Source: an uncultured Desulfurococcaceae archaeon (GTDB lineage: Archaea; Thermoproteota; Thermoprotei_A; Sulfolobales; NBVN01). Taken from it: DNA of 18,696 nucleotides. The notes under the pieces were generated by a model. The model worked only from the letters and a program-made list of their open reading frames with translations. It did no database searches and had not been told where the DNA came from. The first letter of the stretch is position 1; every line of letters starts with the position of its first letter. Both the position numbers and the translations under genes were made by a program. Shown here piece after piece: positions 6,251-15,317 of this stretch. The stretch covers positions 1 to 18,696 of the forward strand of contig CAYTXX010000019.1 in the NCBI GenBank assembly GCA_964442165.1, read 5' to 3'.

Positions 6251-6880
6251 ATGGTCTTCGGGCTTAGCCAGGTTGAGCTAGCTAAGTACCTAGGCGTAGC
6301 CTCCAGCGTCATAAGCGACTACGAGAAGAACAGGCGAAGACCTGGGATGAAGTTCCTGAGGGCCTTCATAGATTCCCTACTTAAGTACGACGAGCTATCC
6401 GGGTACTCCGTAACTAAGAGGTTAGCGCAGAGTATGGGGGTAGTAGCTACCGGGGTTATAGATGTAGTGGAGTTCAGTAGGCCTGTAAGCCTAGATGAGC
6501 TTGTGAACGCTGTTGAGGGCTACATAGTTAACTCGAGGTTCGTGACCCTACCCATATACGGCTACACCGTACTCGATAGCTACGAGGCTATTGAGGGCTT
6601 GAGGGGGAACGAGTTCTGGAGCATAATGGGGCTCTCCAGTATTAGGGCCCTCATATTCACGAGGGTGAGTACCGGTAGGTCGCCTATGGTAGCTGTCCGC
6701 GTAGCTCCAACAAAGCCTGCTGCCGTGGTCGTTCACTACCCTAAGGTAGTGGATACCCTAGCTATAAGGCTAGCCGATAGGGAGATGATACCGCTAATAG
6801 TCTCCACCCACCCAACAGTCGACAGCTTGGTTAGGTCCCTGAGGGAGAAGCTGGTATCGAGAGCTAAGGTAGCTCGCTAG
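6251..6880 (+). CDS. XRE-family helix-turn-helix transcriptional regulator with uncharacterised C-terminal domain; N-terminus probably extends upstream to about 6155
   Basis: GLSQVELAKYLGVASSVISDYEKNRRRPG is a classic XRE HTH (helices 2-3). The helix-1-like sequence GQAIRKWR is encoded in-frame upstream of ATG 6251. Confidence 0.8.
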   Translation: MVFGLSQVELAKYLGVASSVISDYEKNRRRPGMKFLRAFIDSLLKYDELSGYSVTKRLAQSMGVVATGVIDVVEFSRPVSLDELVNAVEGYIVNSRFVTLPIYGYTVLDSYEAIEGLRGNEFWSIMGLSSIRALIFTRVSTGRSPMVAVRVAPTKPAAVVVHYPKVVDTLAIRLADREMIPLIVSTHPTVDSLVRSLREKLVSRAKVAR

Positions 6881-6882
6881 AC

Positions 6883-7251
6883 CTACCTAGAGGACCTCCT
6901 CTCCTGCAGTATCATTATAGCTCTAGCTACGTCCCCACCCGCTTCAGTTATAGCTTGGATAGCCTCCTCTCTAGATGCACCAGTCTGCTCGACAACGAAC
7001 TCTACGTCCTCCTCCGCTACAGCTGGCTTAGGAGCCCCCCTAGGCTCCCTCCTTATCCTCTCTAAGCCTGAGCATACTACCTGCACGACCTTCTGCTGAC
7101 CTAGGTTAAGGATAGCTACCTGAGGGTCCCTGATCACTATATCGAAATCCTCCGCGGATATCGTAACCTCCTTAACCCCCTGAAGCTCCTCAACCTCCAC
7201 ACCGTACCTCTTCAGCATCCTCTTCAGCTCCCTAAGGTTAACCGGGAGCAT
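6883..7251 (-). CDS. nac: nascent polypeptide-associated complex protein (archaeal NAC: NAC domain + UBA domain)
   Basis: 122 aa. LKRMLKRYGVEVEEL...IVIRDPQVAILNLGQQKVVQV is the NAC domain. EEDVEFVVEQTGASREEAIQAITEAGGDVARAIMIL is the C-terminal UBA domain. ATG start. Confidence 0.9.
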   Translation of the reverse strand: MLPVNLRELKRMLKRYGVEVEELQGVKEVTISAEDFDIVIRDPQVAILNLGQQKVVQVVCSGLERIRREPRGAPKPAVAEEDVEFVVEQTGASREEAIQAITEAGGDVARAIMILQERRSSR

Positions 7252-7264
7252 CTAGGGCACCTAA

Positions 7265-7290
7265 GCTTAATACTTCGAGGAGCTAATAAG
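7265..7290. promoter_or_regulatory. compact divergent promoter region (two A/T boxes, CTTAATAC and CTAATAAG) in a 40-bp spacer
   Basis: Only 40 bp separate the nac start (7251, minus) from GTG 7292 (plus). The A/T boxes lie about 24 bp and about 34 bp from the respective starts, implying leaderless or near-leaderless mRNAs. Confidence 0.3.
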
Positions 7291-7291
7291 G

Positions 7292-8569
7292 GTGAGGATA
7301 GAGGTGCCTAAGCTAGAGATAAGGGTACTAGGCGGAGGTCTTGAGGTAGGTAGGGCAGCTATAGCTGTTAGTAGTAGAGGTAGAACGGTTCTCCTAGACT
7401 ACGGGGTGAACTTCTCCGAGAGCGACGTCCCCCAGCTCCCGGAGCACATAAGGCCCTCCGAGGTATCTCTAGTTGCTGTAACACACGCACACCTAGACCA
7501 TGTAGGGGCGGTCCCCCTGCTCTACACATCTAAAGCCCAGCCGGTACTGGCTATGAATAGGCTTACGAAGGCCTTCTCCGAGGTCCTACTGAAGGACTTC
7601 ATGAGGATCTCCGGATACTACCTACCGTTCGACGAAGCAGACTGGTACAGAGCTGTAGAGTTCGTTAGGTACGTTGAGACCGGGGAGGAGGTGGAGATCG
7701 AGGGGGTAGCCCTGAAGACCTTCAACGCCGGCCACATACCCGGTAGCCAGGCCTACCTCCTAGACCTAGGGGACTTCAGAGTAGCGTATACAGGAGATGT
7801 TAACACCATAGACACTAGGCTAGTTAGGGGCTACGATAGCTACGGGCTTAAGGCCGACGTACTGGTGATCGAGGGTACCTACGCTGACGTAGATCACCCA
7901 GATAGGGAGGAGGTGGAGAGAGAGTTCGTAGAGGCTGTTAGGGAGGTTATAGAGTCCGGTGGGAACGTCCTCGTACCATCATTCAGCTTAGGTAGGGCCC
8001 AGGAGATACTCTCCCTCCTCTACGAGAGGTTTAGCGGAGGTATGGTGTACTACGACGGCATGGTGAGGGCTGTAAACAGCATTCTAGTGAGCTACCCGGA
8101 GTACGTTAACCGCTACGAGCTACTGGTAAGGGCTCTAAAGGAGTTTGAAGAAGTCAAGTCAGCTGGGCAGAGGCGTAAGGTAGCTAAGTCAGAGGGGGTT
8201 GTCGTAGTAGCATCAGCAGGGATGCTCAAGGGCGGACCCGCCCTCTACTACCTAAAGAGGTTCTACGATAACCCAAGGAACGCTGTCTTCCTAGTATCCT
8301 ACCAAGCCCCGGCAACTCCAGGTAGGAGGCTATTGGAGCAGGGAGCTCTAGACGACATAGGCCCAGTTAGAGCTAGAGTTGAGTGGTTCGACTTCTCGAG
8401 CCATACGGGGTTCAGCGGGCTCCTAAAGGTTATCAAGTCCTTCCAAGGTCTGGAGGCCGTGGTTATAATACATACGAGTGAAGCCGCCTACAGCCTAGCT
8501 AAAGCTCTAGAGGAGTCCTACCAAGTCTACGTACCTAGGGTTGGTGAGGTAGTGGAGTTCTTTAGGTAG
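7292..8569 (+). CDS. metallo-beta-lactamase/beta-CASP family ribonuclease (short aCPSF2-like form, no KH domains)
   Basis: 425 aa. Has the HxHxDH motif VTHAHLDHVGAVP, downstream GH and D/H motifs (NAGHIPGS, TGD), and a beta-CASP-like insert followed by C-terminal SSHTG. Confidence 0.85.
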   Translation: MRIEVPKLEIRVLGGGLEVGRAAIAVSSRGRTVLLDYGVNFSESDVPQLPEHIRPSEVSLVAVTHAHLDHVGAVPLLYTSKAQPVLAMNRLTKAFSEVLLKDFMRISGYYLPFDEADWYRAVEFVRYVETGEEVEIEGVALKTFNAGHIPGSQAYLLDLGDFRVAYTGDVNTIDTRLVRGYDSYGLKADVLVIEGTYADVDHPDREEVEREFVEAVREVIESGGNVLVPSFSLGRAQEILSLLYERFSGGMVYYDGMVRAVNSILVSYPEYVNRYELLVRALKEFEEVKSAGQRRKVAKSEGVVVVASAGMLKGGPALYYLKRFYDNPRNAVFLVSYQAPATPGRRLLEQGALDDIGPVRARVEWFDFSSHTGFSGLLKVIKSFQGLEAVVIIHTSEAAYSLAKALEESYQVYVPRVGEVVEFFR

Positions 8570-10010
8570 GCTTACACTTGGCTTCCCTAACCCTCTTCCT
8601 ATAGCCTAGAACCCCTCCTCTGAGGCTGTAGGCCTGCACCCCTGACTTCCTAAGCTCTAGCGCTACTAGTAGACTGGCTGAGCCGTAGTCGCAGTAGAGT
8701 ACTACGGGGACGTCGACCTTGCTCAGCTGAGATATGTGGATAGCTCCGGGTAGGTGGTCCTCGGAATACCTACGGAAGTCCCTGATGTCCGCTAAGAGCC
8801 ATCCTGGAGGTACATCATCCACCTCTACGTCAGCCCCAATACCCTTCAGCACCTCCTCAGCTGTAGCCTTACCTACTTCGTAGACCCTGTAGCTAGCTAT
8901 AACCCCGTTAAGGACGTCCCCACTTACGTACTTAAGGGCCTCCTCAACCTCCTCAACCTCAGCCCCAGTCTCTACCGGGCCCTCCGAGATCCTGCAGACC
9001 TCCTCAACCTTAACGACGTAGTCAAATAGCTCGAGCTCCCTCACCCTGGAGACTATCTCTTCCTTATCCGCAGCTGCTAGAGGCCTTAGCAGTGCGGCCC
9101 TAGGCCTTACCAGGTAGTCGACTACCCGTAGGTTCTTCAGGGTCTGCGAGGATGCCTGACCAACGGACTCACCGGTAACTACCGCGTCGTACCCTAGCTT
9201 CTCAGCTAGTGCCTGAGCTACCTCGTGCATTAGTACTCTCAGGACTACCTGCCTAAGCCTACTCTCAACCTTAGACCTAACCTCAGCTAGTAGCGGTACG
9301 AAGTTAACCACTATAAGCCTAGGCTCGTAGGGGGTGAATAGCTTAGCTACCTCCTTAGCTACGGCGATAGCCCCCTCAGTAGCCCCCGCAACCCCCATGT
9401 AGAGGTGGAGGAAGTCTACCTCAGCACCCCTCTTAGCGGCTAGGATCGAGGCCAGAGTGGAGTCGAAGCCTCCGGAGAATAGGGTTAGGGCCCTACCCTC
9501 AGTCCCCACCGGGAGCCCTCCCATACCCCTCCAGCACCTCATTACGTAGTAGGCGTATTCCCCCCTAACCTCGATCCTAACCTCGACCTCTGGGTTATCG
9601 AGGTCTACACCAGCTGAGTACTTCAGTAGTGAAGCCCCTACAGCCCTAGCTACGTCTAGCGAAGTAAAGCTGTGGTCCCCGGATCTCTTAACCCTTACAG
9701 CGAACTTCCTGCCTGCTACGGCATCCTTAAACAGCTCCTCAGCCCTCCTCGAGATATCCTCTAGGGAGCTGAATCTGTACGGAACCACCTCGCAGAAGTC
9801 GTGGACTCCGAAGACCTTGCTAAGCACCTTCGATACATCCCTATCAGCCTCAACGTAGAAGACCCCCTGGGAATACCTAACCCTAAAGCTAGCTCCAGCT
9901 TTAGCTAGAGCCTTCTCCAGAGCTCTAGCTAGTGCCCTCTCAAACCTAGGCCTAGTCCTCCAGGACTTAAGCGGTATCTCCGCTGACTCCTTAACTAGGT
10001 AGTACCTCAA
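8562..10010 (-). CDS. thiI: tRNA 4-thiouridine synthase ThiI (THUMP + PP-loop ATPase + C-terminal rhodanese domain)
   Basis: 482 aa. PP-loop LFSGGFDS. The N-terminal region is THUMP-like. The C-terminal VVLYCDYGSASLLVALELRKSG is a rhodanese active-site loop with Cys. TTG start. The 3' end overlaps the convergent RNase gene by 8 bp. Confidence 0.9.
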   Translation of the reverse strand: MRYYLVKESAEIPLKSWRTRPRFERALARALEKALAKAGASFRVRYSQGVFYVEADRDVSKVLSKVFGVHDFCEVVPYRFSSLEDISRRAEELFKDAVAGRKFAVRVKRSGDHSFTSLDVARAVGASLLKYSAGVDLDNPEVEVRIEVRGEYAYYVMRCWRGMGGLPVGTEGRALTLFSGGFDSTLASILAAKRGAEVDFLHLYMGVAGATEGAIAVAKEVAKLFTPYEPRLIVVNFVPLLAEVRSKVESRLRQVVLRVLMHEVAQALAEKLGYDAVVTGESVGQASSQTLKNLRVVDYLVRPRAALLRPLAAADKEEIVSRVRELELFDYVVKVEEVCRISEGPVETGAEVEEVEEALKYVSGDVLNGVIASYRVYEVGKATAEEVLKGIGADVEVDDVPPGWLLADIRDFRRYSEDHLPGAIHISQLSKVDVPVVLYCDYGSASLLVALELRKSGVQAYSLRGGVLGYRKRVREAKCKPT

Positions 10011-10039
10011 CTTACACCACTAGGTACTTTCCTATGGAG

Positions 10040-10060
10040 CTTAAGAGAAAAACTCTTGAG
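10040..10060 (-). terminator. oligo-T tract within an imperfect hairpin downstream of the pyrophosphatase gene
   Basis: The minus strand reads CTCAAGAG TTTTT CTCTTAAG, starting a few nt after the TAG stop (10063-10065). It forms a 7/8-bp stem. A T5 run is the usual archaeal termination signal. Confidence 0.35.
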
Positions 10061-10062
10061 TA

Positions 10063-12120
10063 CTAGGCTAGAGCTACGAGGAGCGGGGCTAAGGAGAGGG
10101 ATACCACGCTCATTAGCTTTATTAGTATGTTTAGCGAAGGCCCTGCAGCATCCTTCAGAGGATCCCCTACCGTATCCCCTATTACAGCTGCCTTATGCGC
10201 TTCACTACCCTTACCACCGAAGTGGCCTTCCTCTATATACTTCTTAGCGTTGTCCCACGTATTACCTACGTTACCCTGGAAGAGGCCTAGGAGTAGTCCC
10301 GAGACTATAGCTCCTGCTAGGGTACCTGCTAGTGCGTAGATACCTAGAGCTACCCCAATTACTATAGGTACTACGATAGCTATGAGGCCAGGAGTTAGGA
10401 GCCTCTTTATAGCGTACCTGGTAACTACGTCAACAGCTCTACCGTAATCAGGCCTCTCCTTAAACTCCAGTATCCCGGGCCTCTCCCTGAACTGCCTCCT
10501 TATCTCAGCTATTAGCTCGAAAGCTGAGTCGCTAACTGCTCTAAGCACTATGGAGGTAAAGAGGGCTGGAACGGCCATGCCTATGAAGAACCCAGCTACT
10601 ACGTATGGGTTGAGTAGGTTTAGCTGGCTCATGTCTACCCTATCCCTAGGTAGTACGCTGATGTAGGCAGCTAGTAGGGCTAAAGCTGTAAGAGCCGCTG
10701 AGCCTATCGCGTAGCCCTTGGATATGGACTTCATGGTGTTACCAGCTGAGTCTAGGAGGTCGGCTACGGACCTAACCTCCCTCCCGAAGCCTGCCTGCTC
10801 AGCTATACCTGCTGCATTATCCGTTATAGGGCCGTAGGCATCTGCTCCAACTACAAAGCCTGTTAGGGATAGCATGCCGACAGCTGCTAGAGATACCCCG
10901 TAGATACCGTGCCAGAAGCCACCTAGGGGTGCCATGAGGGCGTAGGATAGTATAGCAGCTACAGCTATCCCGACCGAGGGTATGACGATGCTCATGAAGC
11001 CGTAGGACATCCCCGATAGTATCGTTAGCGCTGGGCCCATCTGGGACATCTCAGCTACCTTGACGGTTGGCGGTAGCCCCTTCCTGGTGAAGTAGTCGCT
11101 TGTAAGCCCTACAACAACCCCTGCAACTAGTCCGGCAACTACCGTAGCCCAAGCCCTTAGGCCGGCCTCGGAGCCTAGTAGGTAGAGGGAGGCTGGGAGG
11201 CTTATGGCCGCTATTAGAGCTGCTGAAGCTAGGCTAGCTGTAGTTAGAGCCTTAGCTGGGTCCCTAACTGGTAAGACCATGGTGGAGAGTACCGAGGCCG
11301 CTGAAGCTACCAGACCCGCTGCAGAGACTACTAGTGGGAGTAGAGCGTACTGAGTCCAAGTAGCTACCGCTAGAGCTAGGGCTATCACCATGGTCGATAT
11401 TATAGCCTCTACGTAGGACTCGAAGAGGTCCGCCCCCATACCCGCTACATCCCCTACGTTATCCCCTACGTTGTCCGCTATCACAGCAGGGTTCCTCGGG
11501 TCGTCCTCAGGGATACCTACCTCAACCTTACCTACTAGGTCGGCCCCTACATCAGCAGCCTTAGTGTATATCCCACCGCCGACCCTAGCGAAGAGAGCTA
11601 CAGCAGATGCTCCGAAGGCGTAGAAGACGAGGTCCCTAATGGCATCCCCTGAGAACCCGAAGGCTATAAGTGCTACAGCTACAGCGAAGGTACCGAGCCC
11701 AGCTACCGTAAGCCCCATCACCAGGCCTCCTTTAAAGGCGACTCTGAAAGCCTCCCTAAGACCCCTCGTTGCCGCTGCGTTTACGGTTCTAACGTTAGCT
11801 CTAGTCGCTACAGACATACCGAAGTACCCGGTAGCCATGGACGAGAAAGACCCTGCTAGGAACAGGAGCGGTGCTCTCCAAGGTGATGGCCTCCCCGATA
11901 CTAGGTTCGCCAGTAGTACAGCTACTGCTATAGCTACGGAGATCCAGGTGATAACCCCGTACTGCCTCCTTAGGTAGGCCCTAGCACCTTCGTTTATGAA
12001 CTCGTGGAGCTCTAGAGCTCTACCACTACCCGGGGGGTATCTGAGGACTGAGAAGGCTAGGTAGGCTGCGAAAGCCAGCACCGTAGCACCGACTACGACG
12101 CTTAGTACTAGGGGTAGCAC
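10063..12120 (-). CDS. hppA: membrane-bound proton-translocating inorganic pyrophosphatase (K+-independent-type signature)
   Basis: 685 aa, about 15 TM helices. Hallmark motifs [41 protein letters not shown] and [26 protein letters not shown] start. Confidence 0.95.
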   Translation of the reverse strand: MLPLVLSVVVGATVLAFAAYLAFSVLRYPPGSGRALELHEFINEGARAYLRRQYGVITWISVAIAVAVLLANLVSGRPSPWRAPLLFLAGSFSSMATGYFGMSVATRANVRTVNAAATRGLREAFRVAFKGGLVMGLTVAGLGTFAVAVALIAFGFSGDAIRDLVFYAFGASAVALFARVGGGIYTKAADVGADLVGKVEVGIPEDDPRNPAVIADNVGDNVGDVAGMGADLFESYVEAIISTMVIALALAVATWTQYALLPLVVSAAGLVASAASVLSTMVLPVRDPAKALTTASLASAALIAAISLPASLYLLGSEAGLRAWATVVAGLVAGVVVGLTSDYFTRKGLPPTVKVAEMSQMGPALTILSGMSYGFMSIVIPSVGIAVAAILSYALMAPLGGFWHGIYGVSLAAVGMLSLTGFVVGADAYGPITDNAAGIAEQAGFGREVRSVADLLDSAGNTMKSISKGYAIGSAALTALALLAAYISVLPRDRVDMSQLNLLNPYVVAGFFIGMAVPALFTSIVLRAVSDSAFELIAEIRRQFRERPGILEFKERPDYGRAVDVVTRYAIKRLLTPGLIAIVVPIVIGVALGIYALAGTLAGAIVSGLLLGLFQGNVGNTWDNAKKYIEEGHFGGKGSEAHKAAVIGDTVGDPLKDAAGPSLNILIKLMSVVSLSLAPLLVALA

Positions 12121-12154
12121 GCTTAACCCTTTTTCCAGTACTCGTAATCTCCGC

Positions 12155-12162
12155 TTATAAAC
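12155..12162 (-). promoter_or_regulatory. TATA-like box (minus strand GTTTATAA) for hppA
   Basis: A/T box about 35-40 bp upstream of GTG 12118-12120 on the minus strand. Confidence 0.35.
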
Positions 12163-12294
12163 GTTCTATTGATGCGCACTTAAATAACCTAAGTGACCCC
12201 GAAAGCTAGCCGTAGAGCCTGGAAAGCTGGGGGTACGGATGAAGCTAGAACTCTCACCAAGGTTTAACCGTACTAGCAGAAGATACCGTACCGG

Positions 12295-12888
12295 TTGGGT
12301 AGCACTTCAGTCTATGGGCTACTTATTAGCTGGTTTCACCATGGGTTGGGGGGCTACTTGAAGTTCCTACTTAGGGACTGGGTATACCTTTTACACCCTA
12401 GACCTGCTTACGCTATCTGCTCCTACTCTGACGGCATCTACGATTGCTTAGCTGCTTCTTGGGTTACCCCTGTATCTAGGGAGCCCCCGATCCTGATGGC
12501 TTCCCTAGCCCCTAAGAGGGAGACCTACAAGATCCTCAGGTCGTCGGGTAGGGCTACGGTTAACGTCCTACCGTGGGAGAAGCTAGAGGTACTGCACTAC
12601 TTAGGTACTACGAGCCTAGCTACGAACCCTGGTAAGATGTCCTACCCGAAGGTGAGGGCTGTAGTTAGGGATGGCTATGTGTGGCTGGAGGACGCGCTAG
12701 CTGTACTCTTCTGCAGGCTTAGGACCTCGGTAGAGATGGGGGACCACGACGCGGTGTTCTTAGACGTAGTGGGGGTAGACTTCGGCGAGTGCTTCAGCCC
12801 TAGACCTAGGGCTTCGAGCTGTAGGTACATACTCCACGTAGGGGGGAACGAGTACACTACAAACTTGAGTGAAGTGGTAAGGCTTTGA
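12295..12888 (+). CDS. flavin reductase-like FMN-binding split-barrel domain protein; more likely start is TTG 12358
   Basis: Family pattern is present: LLHPRPAYAI...CLAASWVTPVSREPPILMASL...GRATVNVL...GDHDAVFLDVVGV. The first about 20 residues of the longest ORF have no counterpart in this pattern. The in-frame TTG at 12358 is preceded by GGTTGGGGGG (12344-12353). Confidence 0.75.
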   Translation: MGSTSVYGLLISWFHHGLGGYLKFLLRDWVYLLHPRPAYAICSYSDGIYDCLAASWVTPVSREPPILMASLAPKRETYKILRSSGRATVNVLPWEKLEVLHYLGTTSLATNPGKMSYPKVRAVVRDGYVWLEDALAVLFCRLRTSVEMGDHDAVFLDVVGVDFGECFSPRPRASSCRYILHVGGNEYTTNLSEVVRL

Positions 12889-13454
12889 ACTCCCGGGTTC
12901 TCGCCTACGTAGCTCTAGGGCTTGGGGTACTAGCTCTAACGAGCTTCCTCCTCATACCCCTCTCAGCGGTTCTGGAAGTAGCCTTCGGTACCGTAGCTAC
13001 TGCAGCCCTCTTCCGGAGCTCTAAGGTAGCTACTGCAGCGTCCATAGCGGTAGCTACCTTAGGGGTAGTCAGCCTCGATCTAGCCTTTGAGGCCTCTACC
13101 CTCAGTAGCCCCTACCACCTAGCCCTAGCTACACTCCTAAACTTCGTAGCTCTACTAGCTACCTACATTATCTGTAGGGTAGCTATTACTAGAGGGGGTT
13201 TCGGGGCCCTGAGAGCTCTCCTAGTACTACTAACCTCGTCTCTAGCTATAGCCCTAGTACACCCCAGCTCCGTAGGGAGGTTGGCGGAGTTGATGAAGCT
13301 TAGGGGCCCCCTAGAGGTAGTAGCCTACGGGAGCTTAATGGTATTCGGAACCTCACTACCCTACTCAGCTGCTATAGTACTCCTCCTAGTCTACTTCCTC
13401 TACGATACCCTCTCAAGCGTTAGAGTTGAGGAAGCTACTCAAGCTCCTCAGTAG
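12885..13454 (+). CDS. hypothetical polytopic membrane protein (about 5-6 TM)
   Basis: 189 aa, Ala/Leu-rich hydrophobic segments. TTGA stop/start overlap with the upstream gene. No family recognised. Confidence 0.5.
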   Translation: MNSRVLAYVALGLGVLALTSFLLIPLSAVLEVAFGTVATAALFRSSKVATAASIAVATLGVVSLDLAFEASTLSSPYHLALATLLNFVALLATYIICRVAITRGGFGALRALLVLLTSSLAIALVHPSSVGRLAELMKLRGPLEVVAYGSLMVFGTSLPYSAAIVLLLVYFLYDTLSSVRVEEATQAPQ

Positions 13455-15209
13455 CTCCTCTAGGTCGGTGAAGACCCTATCGTATGTGAAGCCCATCAGC
13501 TCCCTAAGCTCCCTCTTCAGATACCTCCTATCGGCTAGTACTACGTAGGCCCTATCCTCCTCAGACCTTATAGCCCTCCCAATAGCTTGGGACGCTCTAA
13601 TAGCTGCCAGCATATCCGTAGTAACTACCTTAGCTAGACTACCTAGCTCCCCCTCTAGCGAGTCCCTTAGGTCCTCTAGGTAGTCGTCAGGTTGGGGGTA
13701 CGGGACCCCGCAGACTACGACCGTGTCTACCATGGACCTACCGCTAGAGTCCCTAAACTCCACCCCCTCAACTATCTTACCCCCTGCTACGGCATTTACC
13801 AGAGTGTGTGGCTCCCTAGTTAAAGCCCCCTCCACCTCCGATATCCTACTCCTACCGCTCTCTACGTATACGTCGTGTATGTCGCTGAGGTACACCACCA
13901 CCTCCCTCATGACCTCGTAGCTGGGGTACACCGCTAGTACAGCCCTCCCACACCTACGGTAGACCTCTCTAACCAGCCTCGCGTAGTCCATGAACATCCT
14001 CGTCGACCTATACGCGTAGCTGGTGGTAAGCTTCGAGTACACAGCGTAGAACACTCTCTCCCTAGGGAAGACCCTACCATACGCCTCCTCAACATCTAGG
14101 TACCTACTCCCAGCTGAGATAACCCTATCGAGGATGGGCTTCGGGGGTAGGGTCCCGGACATGAGTAGTACACCTCTAGCCTGCCTTAACCTCCTCCTAA
14201 TGGGTTCGTAGCTAACCGGGAGGGCGTGTAGCTCAGCTGAGTCGTATGTAGCTTGCGTATAGACCCTGGTGAAGTCCTCAAGAGCTAAGCTGTAGAACTT
14301 CACCAGCTTACTTAATGGGGAGGTAAGCCTCAACAAGTACTCCGCACCTAGCCCAGCTAGCGCCTCTAGGGAGGCCAGCCTCATCTCGTAGAGAGCTTCC
14401 TCCAGAGCCCTACCGATATCCGGGGTAACCCCCACATCCTCTTTACGTACCCTCACCAGCCTATCACCAGTAACCCTCGATAGTGCCTCCTCTAAAGGCC
14501 TTAAGCTCTCGGAGAGCTCTACGTAGCCAACCTCGGATAGCTCCCTACGAGACTCCCTGACGTGGGTAAGGTCTACGGAGCCTGAGATAACGGACTGGGG
14601 GTTTAGGAGGGTGTGGGCCTCGTCTATAACTAGGTAGAACTCATCTAGCCCTACATCCTGGAATGCTGTTGAGTAGACTACGTCGTCGAAGACGTATGGG
14701 TAGGTTACGACTGCTACGTCTACCCTACTAGCTAGACCGGCTAGGCTGAAGAAGGGGCATACCGATAGCTCCCTAGCAATAGCTTCAGCTAGCTTATGGG
14801 GGTCCGTTAGGGTCGATCCGGCTAGGACCTCCCCTACCTCCTGCAGTGAGGTGCTCCTCAGGTTGGCGTAGTAGGGGCACATACCTTTAAGCCTTAGAAG
14901 TCTGCAGTTCAGCCAGAAGTCCTCAGCCTCTACATCAGCTCCCCTAAGCACCGGGCACATCCTCCTACCGCTAAAGACCACGGTAAAGGATGCGCCAACC
15001 CGCCTAGCCTCGCGGACTACGGGGGCCATCTCATTCCTCGTCCTCACAGCGTAGAGGACTCTACCCCTACCTAGGTGGGAGAGTACTGCTACTAGGGTCT
15101 TACCGTAGCCTGTAGGGGCCTTAAAGGCTATGAGGCCACCTAGGTTGGACTTAATGAACTCTACAGACTCCCTCTGCCCCCTCCTAAACGATGGGTAGGG
15201 AGAAGGCAT
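13413..15209 (-). CDS. xpd: XPD/Rad3-family superfamily-2 DNA helicase with FeS-cluster domain
   Basis: 598 aa. Walker A APTGYGKT, DEAH box VIDEAHTL, and four Cys between them (RRMCPVL, LNCRLL, GMCPYY, SVCPFF) as in the XPD 4Fe-4S domain. C-terminal helicase motifs GKIVEGVEF and AIGRAIRSEEDRAYVVLAD. ATG start with an A/T box about 23 bp upstream. Confidence 0.85.
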   Translation of the reverse strand: MPSPYPSFRRGQRESVEFIKSNLGGLIAFKAPTGYGKTLVAVLSHLGRGRVLYAVRTRNEMAPVVREARRVGASFTVVFSGRRMCPVLRGADVEAEDFWLNCRLLRLKGMCPYYANLRSTSLQEVGEVLAGSTLTDPHKLAEAIARELSVCPFFSLAGLASRVDVAVVTYPYVFDDVVYSTAFQDVGLDEFYLVIDEAHTLLNPQSVISGSVDLTHVRESRRELSEVGYVELSESLRPLEEALSRVTGDRLVRVRKEDVGVTPDIGRALEEALYEMRLASLEALAGLGAEYLLRLTSPLSKLVKFYSLALEDFTRVYTQATYDSAELHALPVSYEPIRRRLRQARGVLLMSGTLPPKPILDRVISAGSRYLDVEEAYGRVFPRERVFYAVYSKLTTSYAYRSTRMFMDYARLVREVYRRCGRAVLAVYPSYEVMREVVVYLSDIHDVYVESGRSRISEVEGALTREPHTLVNAVAGGKIVEGVEFRDSSGRSMVDTVVVCGVPYPQPDDYLEDLRDSLEGELGSLAKVVTTDMLAAIRASQAIGRAIRSEEDRAYVVLADRRYLKRELRELMGFTYDRVFTDLEELLRSLSSFLNSNA

Positions 15210-15286
15210 CAGACAGCCACCGCCTCAGCATTAAAGCTAAGTAGTGGTCGAGTCGCTCATCACCGTAGTACTAGGCCTACTGAAGC

Positions 15287-15293
15287 TAAAAAA
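15287..15293 (+). promoter_or_regulatory. TATA-like box (TAAAAAA) upstream of hypA
   Basis: Centre lies about 27 bp before GTG 15318, which is leaderless-type geometry. Confidence 0.35.
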
Positions 15294-15317
15294 GCTGGGG
15301 CTACGAAAGCCTTAACC

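Noticed and set aside
6548-6736. 62-aa minus-strand ORF inside the HTH regulator gene
   Set aside because: Antisense shadow ORF with no motif.
10056-10339. Two plus-strand ORFs (63 and 70 aa) over the 3' end of hppA
   Set aside because: Both are antisense to the strongly supported pyrophosphatase gene. The Pro/Ser/Leu-rich translations are typical of shadow frames.
11639-11977. 112-aa plus-strand ORF inside hppA
   Set aside because: It is antisense to conserved PPase motifs. The low-complexity Ala/Thr/Pro translation suggests an artefact.
12675-12857. 60-aa minus-strand ORF inside the flavin-reductase-like gene
   Set aside because: Antisense shadow ORF with no signals.
13723-13920. 65-aa plus-strand ORF inside xpd
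   Set aside because: It is antisense to helicase motifs, and its Ser/Thr/Leu-rich translation looks like a shadow frame.
15225-15263. Minus-strand C-box-like GTGATGA (15257-15263) with a CTGA (15225-15228) downstream
   Set aside because: Only 28 nt separate the boxes, which is too short for a dual-guide C/D sRNA. No internal D'/C' boxes are present. It also overlaps the xpd promoter and start region, so it is probably coincidental.
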